A stretch of 64,000 nt of DNA from Gemmatimonadota bacterium (GCA_040389905.1 JAZJZK010000006.1:138100-202099), one strand, 5' to 3'; numbered from the stretch's first letter, positions 9,843-19,802 are shown. Numbers and translations are program-made. The notes: generated by a model from the sequence alone, not told the origin.

Positions 9843-11092
9843 TGGGATCCGCTCAGCACATCATCGTAGATCGCAAACAGCGAGGCGAACACGTCGTCCC
9901 AGCGGTGGCGACGTTCTGCGTGCGCCCTGCCGCGCTCGCGCCGAGCCACGCTTGGACTCAGCAGCAGGCGCTCCAGTTGTTCAGCGAGACCATGCGAGTC
10001 GCCGCTCGGAAAGAGCATGCCTCCCCCCGAATCGGTGATCAACTCGGCTGCGCCACCGCCGTCAGCGGAGAGCACTGGGGTTCCACTCGCGAGCGCCTCG
10101 ACGGCCGCAAGGCCGAAGGTTTCGCATTCGCACGGAGAGACAACGACGTCAGCGGCAGCGAGCAGCCGCGCGACATCGACTCGCCGATTCATATACCCGA
10201 GCCACCGAATCGAGGGATGCGCATAGATCGCAAGCAAGCGCCGACGGAGCGGACCGTCGCCAATGAGTACCAACTGTGCGCCGGTTCTGGCTGCCACACG
10301 CGGCCACGCGGCCAACAGCAGCTCGAGTCGCTTTTCCTGCGAAAAGCGGCCAACGAACATTGCGATGGGGCGCTCGTCGATTCCGAGCTGGGCAAGCTGC
10401 TCCAATCCGCGGCTGCGATGCGCCGGATGGAACTGTCGCAAGTCGACGCCGAGCGGGATGTACGCCGTTCGTCCGATGCCGTGCGTCGCCAACTGGTTTG
10501 CGGCATAGCGTGACGATACGATCGTGCGAGAAAACCGTTGGTCCATGTATCGTATGTAGCGCCAGGCGAGCGACGCGCGCGCGCGACCGGCCAGCGTGCG
10601 CGGCTGCCGCGCTCCTCCGACGACGCTCGCGATGTCGGAGTGGAAAAATGAGACGAGGGGAATGTCGAAGCGTCTCCTCGTATTCAGAACGTGCCAGGGA
10701 GCGAGCCCCGAACTGCCAACCTCGATAATGTCGGGGCGCTCGTGCGCGAGAATCATTGCGCTGGCAGCGCGGTCGAGCAGAAAGCGGTACGGTGGTTGTC
10801 CGGGGACGGGGAACGACCCGACCCGATAGCATCGTACTCGCGCGCTCTCCGTGATTGCATCGCGTGGGCCCGGCACGACGATCGACTGCCGGAGCGTGGA
10901 CGAACGCTCCACGAATCGTGCTTTCTCCGTCAGGTAAGTACGAACACCACCGCTCGTTTCGCCAAAGAATTCCGACACATCGAGCACCGTTCGCTGGGCG
11001 CGAGGCTGCGGTCGCGGTAGCGAACGAGCGACGAAATGAGTTCGAAGTAACGCCGACGGGCCGAACAGTTGCACTGCGAGATCAGTGGTCAC
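9839..11092 (-). CDS. GT4 glycosyltransferase (alpha-mannosyltransferase-like)
   Basis: SGGVRTYL..K, LGVD...F, VGR...EK and ETFGL...EALASG motifs. GTG start 11092 overlaps the PAP2 stop. Confidence 0.88.
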   Translation of the reverse strand: MTTDLAVQLFGPSALLRTHFVARSLPRPQPRAQRTVLDVSEFFGETSGGVRTYLTEKARFVERSSTLRQSIVVPGPRDAITESARVRCYRVGSFPVPGQPPYRFLLDRAASAMILAHERPDIIEVGSSGLAPWHVLNTRRRFDIPLVSFFHSDIASVVGGARQPRTLAGRARASLAWRYIRYMDQRFSRTIVSSRYAANQLATHGIGRTAYIPLGVDLRQFHPAHRSRGLEQLAQLGIDERPIAMFVGRFSQEKRLELLLAAWPRVAARTGAQLVLIGDGPLRRRLLAIYAHPSIRWLGYMNRRVDVARLLAAADVVVSPCECETFGLAAVEALASGTPVLSADGGGAAELITDSGGGMLFPSGDSHGLAEQLERLLLSPSVARRERGRAHAERRHRWDDVFASLFAIYDDVLSGSQ

Positions 11093-11607
11093 GAACCGGT
11101 TGCAATCAGGAGCCAGTGTGTGCCAACCGCGATGCCCTGGCCGACCGCGACGTCGCCGGGGTAGTGCACGCCGAGCAGCACGCGCGTGGCGCCGACGACT
11201 CCCGCCAACACGAAGAGCGGAATGGCGAGCTGGGGAACCGCACCGCTCCACGCCAACGCCAGTGAGATCGCCGCCGCAGCGTGCCCCGAGGGAAAGGAGA
11301 AGCGATCGGGCTCATGAATCAGCGCGACGTCGTCGTCGGAGCGGGACGGCCGAGGTCTCCCGACCGTACGCTTGACGATCTGAACGAGCACGTGCGACAA
11401 CGCCAGCGTATACAGACCGTGAAGTCCCGCCGACTCCGAGCGCGGCGAGAACATTGGGACGATCACAAGCAGGATCGTGGCGCGAGCGCCGCCGAGGTGC
11501 GTCAGCACCAACGCGAGGCTCCGCCAGACCGGCTTGGTCGTGCGCACGAATCGCAGACGGTTGAACAGCGCACGATCGCGCTCGTCGAAGCGATGCAGGA
11601 TTGCCAT
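11089..11607 (-). CDS. PAP2 family phosphatase (undecaprenyl-diphosphatase/lipid phosphatase-like)
   Basis: K...GRPRP, SFPSGH and R..LGVHYP.D motifs with hydrophobic segments. Confidence 0.92.
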   Translation of the reverse strand: MAILHRFDERDRALFNRLRFVRTTKPVWRSLALVLTHLGGARATILLVIVPMFSPRSESAGLHGLYTLALSHVLVQIVKRTVGRPRPSRSDDDVALIHEPDRFSFPSGHAAAAISLALAWSGAVPQLAIPLFVLAGVVGATRVLLGVHYPGDVAVGQGIAVGTHWLLIATGS

Positions 11608-11690
11608 GGTCCCTCACTCGTTGGAGACGAGCGTACGTAAACACCAACTCATCGCGAACCGCCCATCATTTCATGACGAAGCGGTAACAG

Positions 11691-13514
11691 TCAGGCGGTC
11701 TTCTGACCCTTGCTGCCGCGCGAGACGCGGTGCCGAGCCGACTGCATCGAGATTGGGGCCGACGCGGCAACCTTGTGCGAACCCGTCCGTGTCGCGGAGC
11801 GGGTGAATTGATCGACCGTTTCACGCAAACCGCCAGCAAGCACCGACATGTGGTTGCCTGCCTGCGCCAGCAGCGACGTCGACGTCGACTGCTGCTTGGT
11901 GAGCGAGATCATGTGCTGTGATGTGGCGGCGTGGTCATCGGCGGTTGCCGCAACGCTCCGAAGCTCGCGGATGAGCAACGTGGATTGTGCGTGCAAACGC
12001 TCAGCGCCCTCACCAATACCCGCTGCCGTTGCGCGACTACCCTTCATGTCCTCGGCGATGCGAAGCAACGATTCCGATGATTCCCGTACAACGTTCTCGC
12101 CTTGAACCACGGACTGCGTGACCAGGCCAACCCGCCGCGACACGTCGCTCGATGCCGAGTCGATATCGGCGACGAGCGTGCGGATGACCTTGAGAGCGGT
12201 CGCACTTTCATCGGCCAGCGACCGGACCTCGTCGGCAATCACGGCGAAGCCGCGACCATGGTCTCCCGCGCGTGCCGCCTCGATCGCGGCGTTGAGCGCG
12301 AGGAGGTTCGTCTGTCGCGCCAATTGTTCGACGCCAACGGCGATCTCGCCGATGCGTGCCGACTTGGCCGCCAGCACGTCCACGACGCGCGTGGCTTCAC
12401 GCGCCGAATCGCTGATCTCGCCGAAGCGAACCATCGCGACCTCGGCTGATCGCGACCCATCGGCGGCGCGCGCGCTGGCGCGATCGGCCGATGCGACGGC
12501 CTGGGACGCCTGCCGTGAGACGGCGAGCACCGTCGCGTCCACCACCAGCGCGGCCGCCACGACAGCTTCCATCGCCTGCGTTTGTTGCAGCGCGCCGACC
12601 GCGACCGATGCGGCAGCGTCGTTCAGCTGGTCCGTGGTCGAAGACAGACGGGTGGTCGCGTCCCCCAGTGCATCGGCGTTGGACTCGAACGTCGCTGCCG
12701 AATGCTCCACGGCGGTGAGGACGGAGCGAAGTGAGACGACCATCGCGGTGAAGGTCGCGGCCAACCGCCCGATTTCATCATCGTTCGATCGTCCCAGCGC
12801 AGCGACGGTCTGGTCTGACAAGTCGCCGTCCGCAACGAGGACGGCCGCGCGCTCGAGGGCACGGAGGGGAGCGATCATTTCACGCGACAATGCAATCGTC
12901 ACCACAAGGAGCACGAGGGCCGCGAGGACCAGGAATGCCACGAGCCAGCGCAGCACCGTCGCGGTGTCTGCGCGCATATCGGCACGCTGGGCGACAACAT
13001 TGGCGTCCAAACGCTGGACGAGGGAGTCAATGAGATCGGTGGGCGCACGATCCTGGCCCTTGACCAGACTGTCCGCCTTGTGAAAGGCGCGGCCCTGGCT
13101 CGCGACAACGAGCGAGAGCGCCGACTCATACCGCGTCGACATTCCGTCGTGGGCCCGGGCGAACATGGCGAGCATCCCGCGCGACGGCGGGTCCGCAATG
13201 CGAGCGTGCAGCATCGCCGCCATGCTGTCGACGTCGCGCGTGCGAGCGTGGAAGGCGACGGTGTACTTTCGCAGCGAGGCGCTGTCTTCACCGCGCAGGA
13301 GGATGTCCTTCCACTCCTGCACCTGCTTCTTGAACGTCACCTGCATTTTGCGCGCGTCTTCGCGGTCGCGGACGTCGGTGCTCAGTACGCGCTCGTAGCC
13401 GTGCATCGTACTGCGGAGGGTGAACAAGGAAATCGCCGCGATTGAAACGCCCAGCATCAGCGCGACACTGATCAACAGCGCGATGCGCGCCTGGAGTGAG
13501 TGCGTGATTCTCAT
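11691..13514 (-). CDS. Methyl-accepting chemotaxis protein (TM, periplasmic sensor, TM, HAMP, signalling domain)
   Basis: QTNLLALNAAIEAARAG..GRGFAVIADEVR.LA hairpin and HAMP motif DDEIGRLA. The true start ATG 13514 overlaps the GT4 stop (ATGA). Confidence 0.93.
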   Translation of the reverse strand: MRITHSLQARIALLISVALMLGVSIAAISLFTLRSTMHGYERVLSTDVRDREDARKMQVTFKKQVQEWKDILLRGEDSASLRKYTVAFHARTRDVDSMAAMLHARIADPPSRGMLAMFARAHDGMSTRYESALSLVVASQGRAFHKADSLVKGQDRAPTDLIDSLVQRLDANVVAQRADMRADTATVLRWLVAFLVLAALVLLVVTIALSREMIAPLRALERAAVLVADGDLSDQTVAALGRSNDDEIGRLAATFTAMVVSLRSVLTAVEHSAATFESNADALGDATTRLSSTTDQLNDAAASVAVGALQQTQAMEAVVAAALVVDATVLAVSRQASQAVASADRASARAADGSRSAEVAMVRFGEISDSAREATRVVDVLAAKSARIGEIAVGVEQLARQTNLLALNAAIEAARAGDHGRGFAVIADEVRSLADESATALKVIRTLVADIDSASSDVSRRVGLVTQSVVQGENVVRESSESLLRIAEDMKGSRATAAGIGEGAERLHAQSTLLIRELRSVAATADDHAATSQHMISLTKQQSTSTSLLAQAGNHMSVLAGGLRETVDQFTRSATRTGSHKVAASAPISMQSARHRVSRGSKGQKTA

Positions 13515-14707
13515 GCGGACAGCGCCGCTGCGATGATCGCTGGCTCTGCGATGACTTCGCGATAGCTGAGGTCCAACCGATCCATCTCCCTCTCCCACGA
13601 CAGCGCTTCCGCGGTGCAGCGCGCACCGACGGCGAGGAAGCGCCGGAGTTTCTCGTCGTGGACGAGTCGCACCAGGGCATCGATGAACAGGGGTTCGTTG
13701 CCTGCGGGGTACGCGATCCCGTTGACCCCGTTGCGAAGGTGATCGGCGACTCCGCCCTCCGGTGCAGCAACGACAGGCAGGCCGCTTGCCATCGCTTCGA
13801 GGATGACGAGACCCAACGTCTCCGTGTACGAGGCGAAGACGAATGCGTCGGCTGTTGCATAGAGTGCCGGAAGGCACGTCGTGCGATCGAGGTGACCGAG
13901 AAAGTGCGTATCGGGTGGCGCGGCGAGCCGTAGCGCTTCCTTCTTGGGGCCGGAGCCCGCAATCACCAATCGCACGGGCCGAGGCGCCAATCGCTCTCGG
14001 GCCGCGGCAAAGGCGGAGAGAATGCGCTCGACACCTTTCTCGGCAGCCAGCCGGCCAACGTGAAGGAAGACGAACGCGTCGCCGAGGCCGAGGCTTTGTC
14101 GCAACGCGGTACTGTCTCGCGACGGCGAGAAGATCTCGAGATCGACACCGCGACCCCACACCTCCACATTCGACACACCCATCGCGCGCAGCGCGGCGGC
14201 CGACGGCGTGCTCGGCGTATAGGTGCGAGCCGCCGAGTCGTGAAAGCGGGCAAGGCTGCGACAGACCGCACCGCGCAACGCGGGGACGCCATAGGCGTCA
14301 GCGTACTTGCCGAAGTCGGTGTGGTACGAGGTCACGAGCGGAATGCCGGCACGGAGGGCCGCCGCCGCTCCCAGGCGGCCGATGACGAACTCTGTTTGCG
14401 CATGGATGATGTCCGGTTGCACGACGCGAATCGCGTCTTCGACACAACTGCGCCGGGGCCAGCTCAGCCGAATGTCCGGATAGATTGGCAGCGGCAGGCT
14501 CGGCAGCGTGGCGACGTATGTTGCCGACGAGGCACCCTCATCGCGGCGAAATGGATCGCGCCACCGGGACGGATATCTCGGCGCAACGACGCCGCATTCC
14601 CACCCCCGATACGTCAATCCATCGACTGACAATGCGGTCACGACGCTGACGCCGTTCACCTGGGGCGGGTACGTATCGGTGCAGTACAGGACGCGCAGTG
14701 GGCGCAC
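13511..14707 (-). CDS. GT4 glycosyltransferase (MgtA/PimB-like subfamily)
   Basis: TDTYPPQVNGVS, SYHTDF..Y, WGRGVD, VGRLAAEKG and ETLGLVILEAMASG motifs. Confidence 0.93.
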   Translation of the reverse strand: MRPLRVLYCTDTYPPQVNGVSVVTALSVDGLTYRGWECGVVAPRYPSRWRDPFRRDEGASSATYVATLPSLPLPIYPDIRLSWPRRSCVEDAIRVVQPDIIHAQTEFVIGRLGAAAALRAGIPLVTSYHTDFGKYADAYGVPALRGAVCRSLARFHDSAARTYTPSTPSAAALRAMGVSNVEVWGRGVDLEIFSPSRDSTALRQSLGLGDAFVFLHVGRLAAEKGVERILSAFAAARERLAPRPVRLVIAGSGPKKEALRLAAPPDTHFLGHLDRTTCLPALYATADAFVFASYTETLGLVILEAMASGLPVVAAPEGGVADHLRNGVNGIAYPAGNEPLFIDALVRLVHDEKLRRFLAVGARCTAEALSWEREMDRLDLSYREVIAEPAIIAAALSA

Positions 14708-14828
14708 GGTTTGTTGGCTCGCGGTCGAGTTCGACGGAAATCGAGCGCGCGGACGTCACGGTCATATCGCGGGGTTGTCACGGAGCGGTACACCAACGCT
14801 CAACACGCTCCATTCAAGCGAGTTCTTT

Positions 14829-14961
14829 CTTGAGCTAGAGCACGAGCTGAACGTGAGCTATGAGCGGGAGCTCAATCTCTGAGCTGCTCATTACTCGTGG
14901 CTCACGCTCAGGCTCACGCTCTCGCTCGGAGCTCACCTTCGAGCTCATGCTCGAGCTGAGA
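14829..14961. repeat. GAGC-hexamer element copy B (inverted arms)
   Basis: cttgagctagagcacgagctgaacgtgagc is nearly identical to the start of copy A. Degenerate core on the minus strand at 14876-14896. Confidence 0.88.
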
Positions 14962-15054
14962 TTCCATGCAATGGTGAGATGCGTTTGTGGAACCGCGTGC
15001 CGCCGGTCGGGTATCGCCAGCGCCCCCGCTCGATTCCCTATCATCGCCCCAGTT

Positions 15055-15633
15055 ATGCGACGTATCGCGCTGATCGCATTACTCTGTCTCCCGCTCAGCC
15101 TCCGTGGTCAGCAGCCGCCGAGCACCGCTTCAGCCCAGCCCAACGGTGTCGCGAGGACGTTTCTTTCGTTCGGGCCGCCGTACGGAGGCTGGCTGCTGCT
15201 CGCCTTCGATTCTATTCCGGAGCGTAGTTACGGCTACCGGCCAACACCGCCGCAACAGAGCATCGGCTTTATTGCGCAGCACCTCGAGGCGGCGAACTAC
15301 GGACTCTGCTCAACCTTCGGCGCGGAGAAGCACGCGTTGACGGCGAAGGATTCCCTGACGGATACCCTCAAAGCACAATGGCCCAAGGACACCCTGATCG
15401 CCCGGGTGCGCGCGTCATTGGAGTTCTGCGCTGCTGCCATAAGGAAGCTGTCGGACGCCCAACTCGCAGACGAGCTCACAATTGACACACCCAGTGGCCG
15501 ACAGACCGTCCTGCGAGCGCGTTACCTCATGCTCTTGATCACGGATCTGGCCGAGCACTATAGCCAGCTCTCGAGCTATATGCGGCTGCTCGGCTTGGTA
15601 CCGCCGTCGGCCCTGCCGCGACCGCCTCGATGA
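15055..15633 (+). CDS. Secreted DinB family protein
   Basis: Signal peptide MRRIALIALL, Y.YRPTP...S......H and EHYSQL..Y.R..G.VPPS motifs. Confidence 0.85.
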   Translation: MRRIALIALLCLPLSLRGQQPPSTASAQPNGVARTFLSFGPPYGGWLLLAFDSIPERSYGYRPTPPQQSIGFIAQHLEAANYGLCSTFGAEKHALTAKDSLTDTLKAQWPKDTLIARVRASLEFCAAAIRKLSDAQLADELTIDTPSGRQTVLRARYLMLLITDLAEHYSQLSSYMRLLGLVPPSALPRPPR

Positions 15634-15666
15634 ATCTGCTCGAGATTGAGCGTCCAGCACTGAGCT

Positions 15667-15834
15667 CGTCTCCATCCTGACACTGCCATTTCTGGCGCGC
15701 AACGCCATGGATGTCATCCCGAGCGAAGTCGAGGGGTCTGCACGTTCAGTCTGGGTTTGTAGTGCAGACCCTCTCGACTCGCTTCGCTCGCTCGGGGTGA
15801 CAACTCTGGAATTGGCAGTTTCAGGACGGACACG
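15667..15834. mobile_element. MITE-like non-autonomous element (168 bp)
   Basis: Terminal inverted repeats CGTCTCCATCCTGACACTGCCATTTC and the reverse complement CGTGTCCGTCCTGAAACTGCCAATTC (22/26). AGCT is duplicated at 15663-15666 and 15835-15838, and copy A shows the empty site with a single AGCT. Confidence 0.8.
15712..15802. repeat. REP-like palindromic hairpin (TGTCATCCCGAGCG... type)
   Basis: TGTCATCCCGAGCGAAGTCGAGGGGTCTGCAC pairs with GTGCAGACCCTCTCGACTCGCTTCGCTCGCTCGGGGTGACA. A related half copy lies at 54927-54962. Confidence 0.85.
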
Positions 15835-16037
15835 AGCTAATCAGAGCGCGAGCGGGAGCTTTGAGCACGAGCGCAAGCTCTGAGTTGCTCATTGCTCATG
15901 GGCTGGCGGCGCGCGGTCACGTCGCACCGTCTGGCTAAGCGCGCGTCGGCGTGCAACATTAGCGATCGTGGGACTATCTCCAACGGTGAGAGCTCGGCAG
16001 TCGCGGTCCCCAATTTCCTTAGCGAGGAACGGCAAAC

Positions 16038-16286
16038 ATGGCGCTCTTGGTGCTCGTGGTACTTGGGTTCGCCCTTGGGCGGTGGCTCGGCACAAGTCGA
16101 ATGGGATTTCTGACGCTCGCGATGGTCTCGGTTGGATCGACGGTCGTCCAGATCATTCATCTTGCCACCACCGCCGACCGTTCGCGTATGACGATGCTTC
16201 CGATCGTTGTCGGCGCACTCCTTGCCGTCGGCTTGCTGTTCGGTGCGTTCACACGTCGGGTGCCGCAACTGTCGACCGGCGGGTGA
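16038..16286 (+). CDS. Small integral membrane protein
   Basis: 82 aa with three hydrophobic segments and GAGG upstream of the ATG. Confidence 0.65.
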   Translation: MALLVLVVLGFALGRWLGTSRMGFLTLAMVSVGSTVVQIIHLATTADRSRMTMLPIVVGALLAVGLLFGAFTRRVPQLSTGG

Positions 16287-16344
16287 ACTCTGCTCAGCAC
16301 CTCGACGCTGGTCCCCGGGGAGCTCATCTCAATGGAGGCATGAC

Positions 16345-16839
16345 ATGACAACGCCCGCAAAGAACACGATTTGCCTGTGGTATGATCGCGAGGCCGAGGA
16401 TGCCGCGCGATTCTACGCCGCGACCTTTCCCGATTCGTCCGTCACCGCCGTCCATCGTGCACCGGGAGACTATCCGTCGGGCAAGCAAGGGGATGTGTTG
16501 ACCGTCGACTTTACGGTGCTGGGAATTCCGTGCATGGGGCTCAACGGCGGTCCCATGTTCAAGCACACCGAAGCGTTTTCCTTTCAGGTTGCCACCAGGG
16601 ACCAGGCCGAAACAGATCGCTACTGGAATGCGATCATCGGCAACGGAGGCGCGGAGAGTGAGTGCGGGTGGTGCAGGGACAAATGGGGATTGTCCTGGCA
16701 GATCACGCCGGTCGTGCTCACAGAGGGCGTTACCGATCCCGACCCCGCGGTCGCCAAACGGGTGTTCGATGCGATGATGCAAATGAAGAAGATCGACGTC
16801 GCCGCAATCGAGGCGGCCCGCCGAGGGACCGACGTGTGA
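16345..16839 (+). CDS. VOC family protein (PhnB / 3-demethylubiquinone-9 3-methyltransferase-like)
   Basis: AEDAARFY...F, LNGGP.F, EAFSFQV, CGWC.DKWGLSWQI and MMQMKKID motifs. GGAGG RBS before ATG 16345. Confidence 0.93.
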   Translation: MTTPAKNTICLWYDREAEDAARFYAATFPDSSVTAVHRAPGDYPSGKQGDVLTVDFTVLGIPCMGLNGGPMFKHTEAFSFQVATRDQAETDRYWNAIIGNGGAESECGWCRDKWGLSWQITPVVLTEGVTDPDPAVAKRVFDAMMQMKKIDVAAIEAARRGTDV

Positions 16840-16886
16840 TGTTTCGCGAGACGACCTGCGTTCCGACAAGGCCATCCTGACAGAAC

Positions 16887-17585
16887 TTACTGCGGGACGC
16901 TCGCCACTTTGACTCCGCGGACGAGCAGCCACAGGGTGAGGGGTATTCCAGCGACCGCCATCGGCAGGAGCATGAACCCGCTGGAGAACGAGGGCGCCAC
17001 GAGAATGGTTGCGGTGCGCAGAACGAACCCCGCTCCACCGAGTACGAGCAGCGCGCCCACCGCCCTCGGGAAATATCCGGATCGCATCATGAGGTAGCCC
17101 CGGATCATCGATGCGATACCGTATGTCGCGAGGAACAAGCCGGCGATGGTTGAGAACAAGCGAAGCGACAACAGGGCGAGCGCGCTCCGCTGATCAGCGG
17201 TGAAGGCCGTGAGGCCAGCGGGGTCGCGCAGGATGACGAGCGCGGCGTAGTAACACGATTCCGCGACGGCGTACATCACCATCGAGACGATGCCGAAGAA
17301 CGCGCTCAAGAGCGCGAGGTTTTGGTCGACGGGCTTCAGCAGGACGTAGAAGAGCAGGCAGAGGGCGACATCGCACAACCCCTCGACGTAGTACGCCGCG
17401 AAGCCAAGGCGGTACAGGGTGGGGTCCGCGAGGATTCTTGCCGCCGTCGCGGCAGCGTCACCGCGAACGATGAACAGACCCGGGATGTACATCTCTCCGA
17501 GCGCGCCGAAGATCACGGAGAGCAGCATCGCTACGCCGGCGGCTCGTGCGTATCGGTTCAACGTCGTCTGGTCCGTCATTGTCAT
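16887..17585 (-). CDS. DUF4386-like membrane protein
   Basis: AR.AG N-terminus, DAAATA..I, LLKPV, GYL..RSG..PR..G and LWLLVRG motifs. Multi-TM. Confidence 0.82.
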   Translation of the reverse strand: MTMTDQTTLNRYARAAGVAMLLSVIFGALGEMYIPGLFIVRGDAAATAARILADPTLYRLGFAAYYVEGLCDVALCLLFYVLLKPVDQNLALLSAFFGIVSMVMYAVAESCYYAALVILRDPAGLTAFTADQRSALALLSLRLFSTIAGLFLATYGIASMIRGYLMMRSGYFPRAVGALLVLGGAGFVLRTATILVAPSFSSGFMLLPMAVAGIPLTLWLLVRGVKVASVPQ

Positions 17586-17763
17586 GATTTGGGACTGGAG
17601 TGGATGCGGTCACTACGTGCGTACCGGTTCGGGGTTTCCGGAAATGACGAGGCCAGGAACGGGAGGGATGTAACGTCGACAAGCAAGCCAGCTGGCTCCA
17701 TCTTACTCCGGCGATATCGTCTTACATGCTGCCGTCCTCTCATTGATCGTCACGACAGAAGCC

Positions 17764-19788
17764 ATGAAAGCCTTCCTCACGCTGTTCGCCCTGGCCCTCT
17801 GGGCCAGTCCCGCCAGCGCACAAATCGGCGGCGACTACGACTACTACCGCGGGAACGAACCAAAGGAGGGCGCCTTCACCGCGCGGCGCCACTTCGGATT
17901 TGCGCATTTCGCCGCGGACAGTTCCTGGCTGAAGACCCGGTCCGGCGCCACGACGTACCGCATCACCAATCTCTCGCGTACGCAGGACTCGATCACGTTC
18001 CAGCTTCAGCCGGCGAGCGGAGCCGCCACGCAAATCCGGGGAGTACTTCGCGGCGATACGATTGCAGGGAGACAGCTGAGCGACACGACAACACTCTTCC
18101 TGGTGTCGTTGATCAGGCGCAAAGCACCTCCCGTATTCGAGCCGCCATATTCACCATGGCAGGGCGAGGCATCAGCACCGAAGTACCAGGTGCATATCGA
18201 CAGCGCCGTACCAATGAAGGCGCGCGACGGTACGACGCTCATGAATCTGGTCGCGCGACCAATCGGTGATGGTCCGTTTCCGGTTGTCATGGAGCGAACC
18301 CCGTATCTGCGACTCAACGGCGGCGGTGTCACGCAGTATTGGGCCTCGCGCGGCTACATCCTCGTTCGGCAGGACGTGCGAGGCCGTGGGGCATCAGGGG
18401 GCGTGTACCTGCATGAGGTCGATCAAATCAACGACGGCTACGACGCGGTCGAATGGGCCGCGCAACTGCCCGGGAGCAATGGCAAGGTCGGGCTGATCGG
18501 CGGCTCGAATCCAGGCCAGTACGCCGTGTACGCGGCGCTCTCGCAGCCGCCACATCTCGCTGCGATCGCACCCACCGTCACGACGGGCGATGGGCACATC
18601 CTCGGCGTCTACATCGACATGGTGTTCTCGATCGCGAACAACCTGCCGTACGCGTGCTTCGTGCAGGGTCACGAGATGCACGACCTCGCTTCACTCGACA
18701 TCGGCCGACCGATGCTGCACCTGCCAGTCGCGGACCTCACCAGGAAAATGGGTTGCACCGATCAGACGTTCTGGGACCTCTGGATGCAGCACAACACCTA
18801 CGACTCCTTCTGGAAGGAGCTCAGCGTCGAGCGTCGCTTGAAGGATGTGCGCGTGCCGTTTCTGGGAATGACCGGCTGGTTCGATGATTCGCGCGGTCCG
18901 ATTCGTCATTTCGCACGGCTCGACTCGATTGCCAACCACCCGTACCAGCGGTTGATGATCAGTGCAGGTGCGCACAAGGGAATCGACTATGTGTCCGGCG
19001 ATTTCGGTCCGCAGGCGCGTGCCGATTTCAACCGTGTCACCGTCATGTGGTTCGACCGCTACCTGAAGGGCATCGACAATGGCGTCGACAAAGGTCCGCG
19101 CATCGACATGTTCATCATGGGTGACAACAGGTGGCGAAAGGAAAGCGAATGGCCTCTCGCGCGCACGAAGTGGACGAAGTTCTACCTCCACAGCAACGGC
19201 AAGTTCGGTACGACACCACCCAAGAGCGAGCGCGCCGACACGTACAGCTACGATCCCGCCGATCCCACACCGTTCCTCGTTGACGGCCGCGAGCTCGAAC
19301 TGAATTCCAACGAGGACTACGCCCGCGTCCACACGGCGCGCAACGACATGCTGCTGTACGAGACCGACGCGTTGACCAAGGACACAGAGATTACCGGTCC
19401 CATTTCCGCGAGCCTCTGGGCCGCAACAGATGCGAGGGACACGGATTGGAACGTCATGCTGTTCGATGTGCATCCCGACGGTCAGGTCCGACGGCTGGTC
19501 GACGGTGTGCGGCGCGCGCGCTTTCGCAACGGCTTCGAAAAGCAGGAACTGCCGACTCCGGGCAAGGTCTATCGCTACGACGTCGACATGTGGTGGACCG
19601 GCATCGTGATCCCGAAGGGACACAAGCTCCGGGTGTCGATTGCGTCCGCCGCGTTCCCGAAATACGACCGTAATCTCAATACGGGTGGTAACAACGAAAC
19701 CGAAACACGGTTTGTCACTGCGCACCAACGCATTCTCCACGACGCGGCACACCCATCACATGTGACACTCCCGCTGATTCCACGCTAG
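17764..19788 (+). CDS. Secreted CocE/NonD family hydrolase (S15-like)
   Basis: Signal peptide, MKARDG..L, RTPY, QDVRGRG.S.G, DGYDAVEW, GKVG.IG.S, GWFD, YDPADP.P and FPKYDRNLNTG motifs. Confidence 0.93.
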   Translation: MKAFLTLFALALWASPASAQIGGDYDYYRGNEPKEGAFTARRHFGFAHFAADSSWLKTRSGATTYRITNLSRTQDSITFQLQPASGAATQIRGVLRGDTIAGRQLSDTTTLFLVSLIRRKAPPVFEPPYSPWQGEASAPKYQVHIDSAVPMKARDGTTLMNLVARPIGDGPFPVVMERTPYLRLNGGGVTQYWASRGYILVRQDVRGRGASGGVYLHEVDQINDGYDAVEWAAQLPGSNGKVGLIGGSNPGQYAVYAALSQPPHLAAIAPTVTTGDGHILGVYIDMVFSIANNLPYACFVQGHEMHDLASLDIGRPMLHLPVADLTRKMGCTDQTFWDLWMQHNTYDSFWKELSVERRLKDVRVPFLGMTGWFDDSRGPIRHFARLDSIANHPYQRLMISAGAHKGIDYVSGDFGPQARADFNRVTVMWFDRYLKGIDNGVDKGPRIDMFIMGDNRWRKESEWPLARTKWTKFYLHSNGKFGTTPPKSERADTYSYDPADPTPFLVDGRELELNSNEDYARVHTARNDMLLYETDALTKDTEITGPISASLWAATDARDTDWNVMLFDVHPDGQVRRLVDGVRRARFRNGFEKQELPTPGKVYRYDVDMWWTGIVIPKGHKLRVSIASAAFPKYDRNLNTGGNNETETRFVTAHQRILHDAAHPSHVTLPLIPR

Positions 19789-19802
19789 CCTGTGTGAGCA
19801 TC

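Larger units (their letters stand above)
15639..15899. repeat. GAGC-hexamer element copy C, split by an insertion at 15667-15834
   Basis: 15642-15666 and 15835-15897 align to adjacent parts of copy A (7207-7290). Perfect 21-bp core on the minus strand at 15877-15897. Confidence 0.88.

Noticed and set aside
13515..14159. 215-aa N-terminal extension of the MCP ORF
   Set aside because: It overlaps the GT4 gene out of frame. The real start is ATG 13514, coupled to the GT4 stop.
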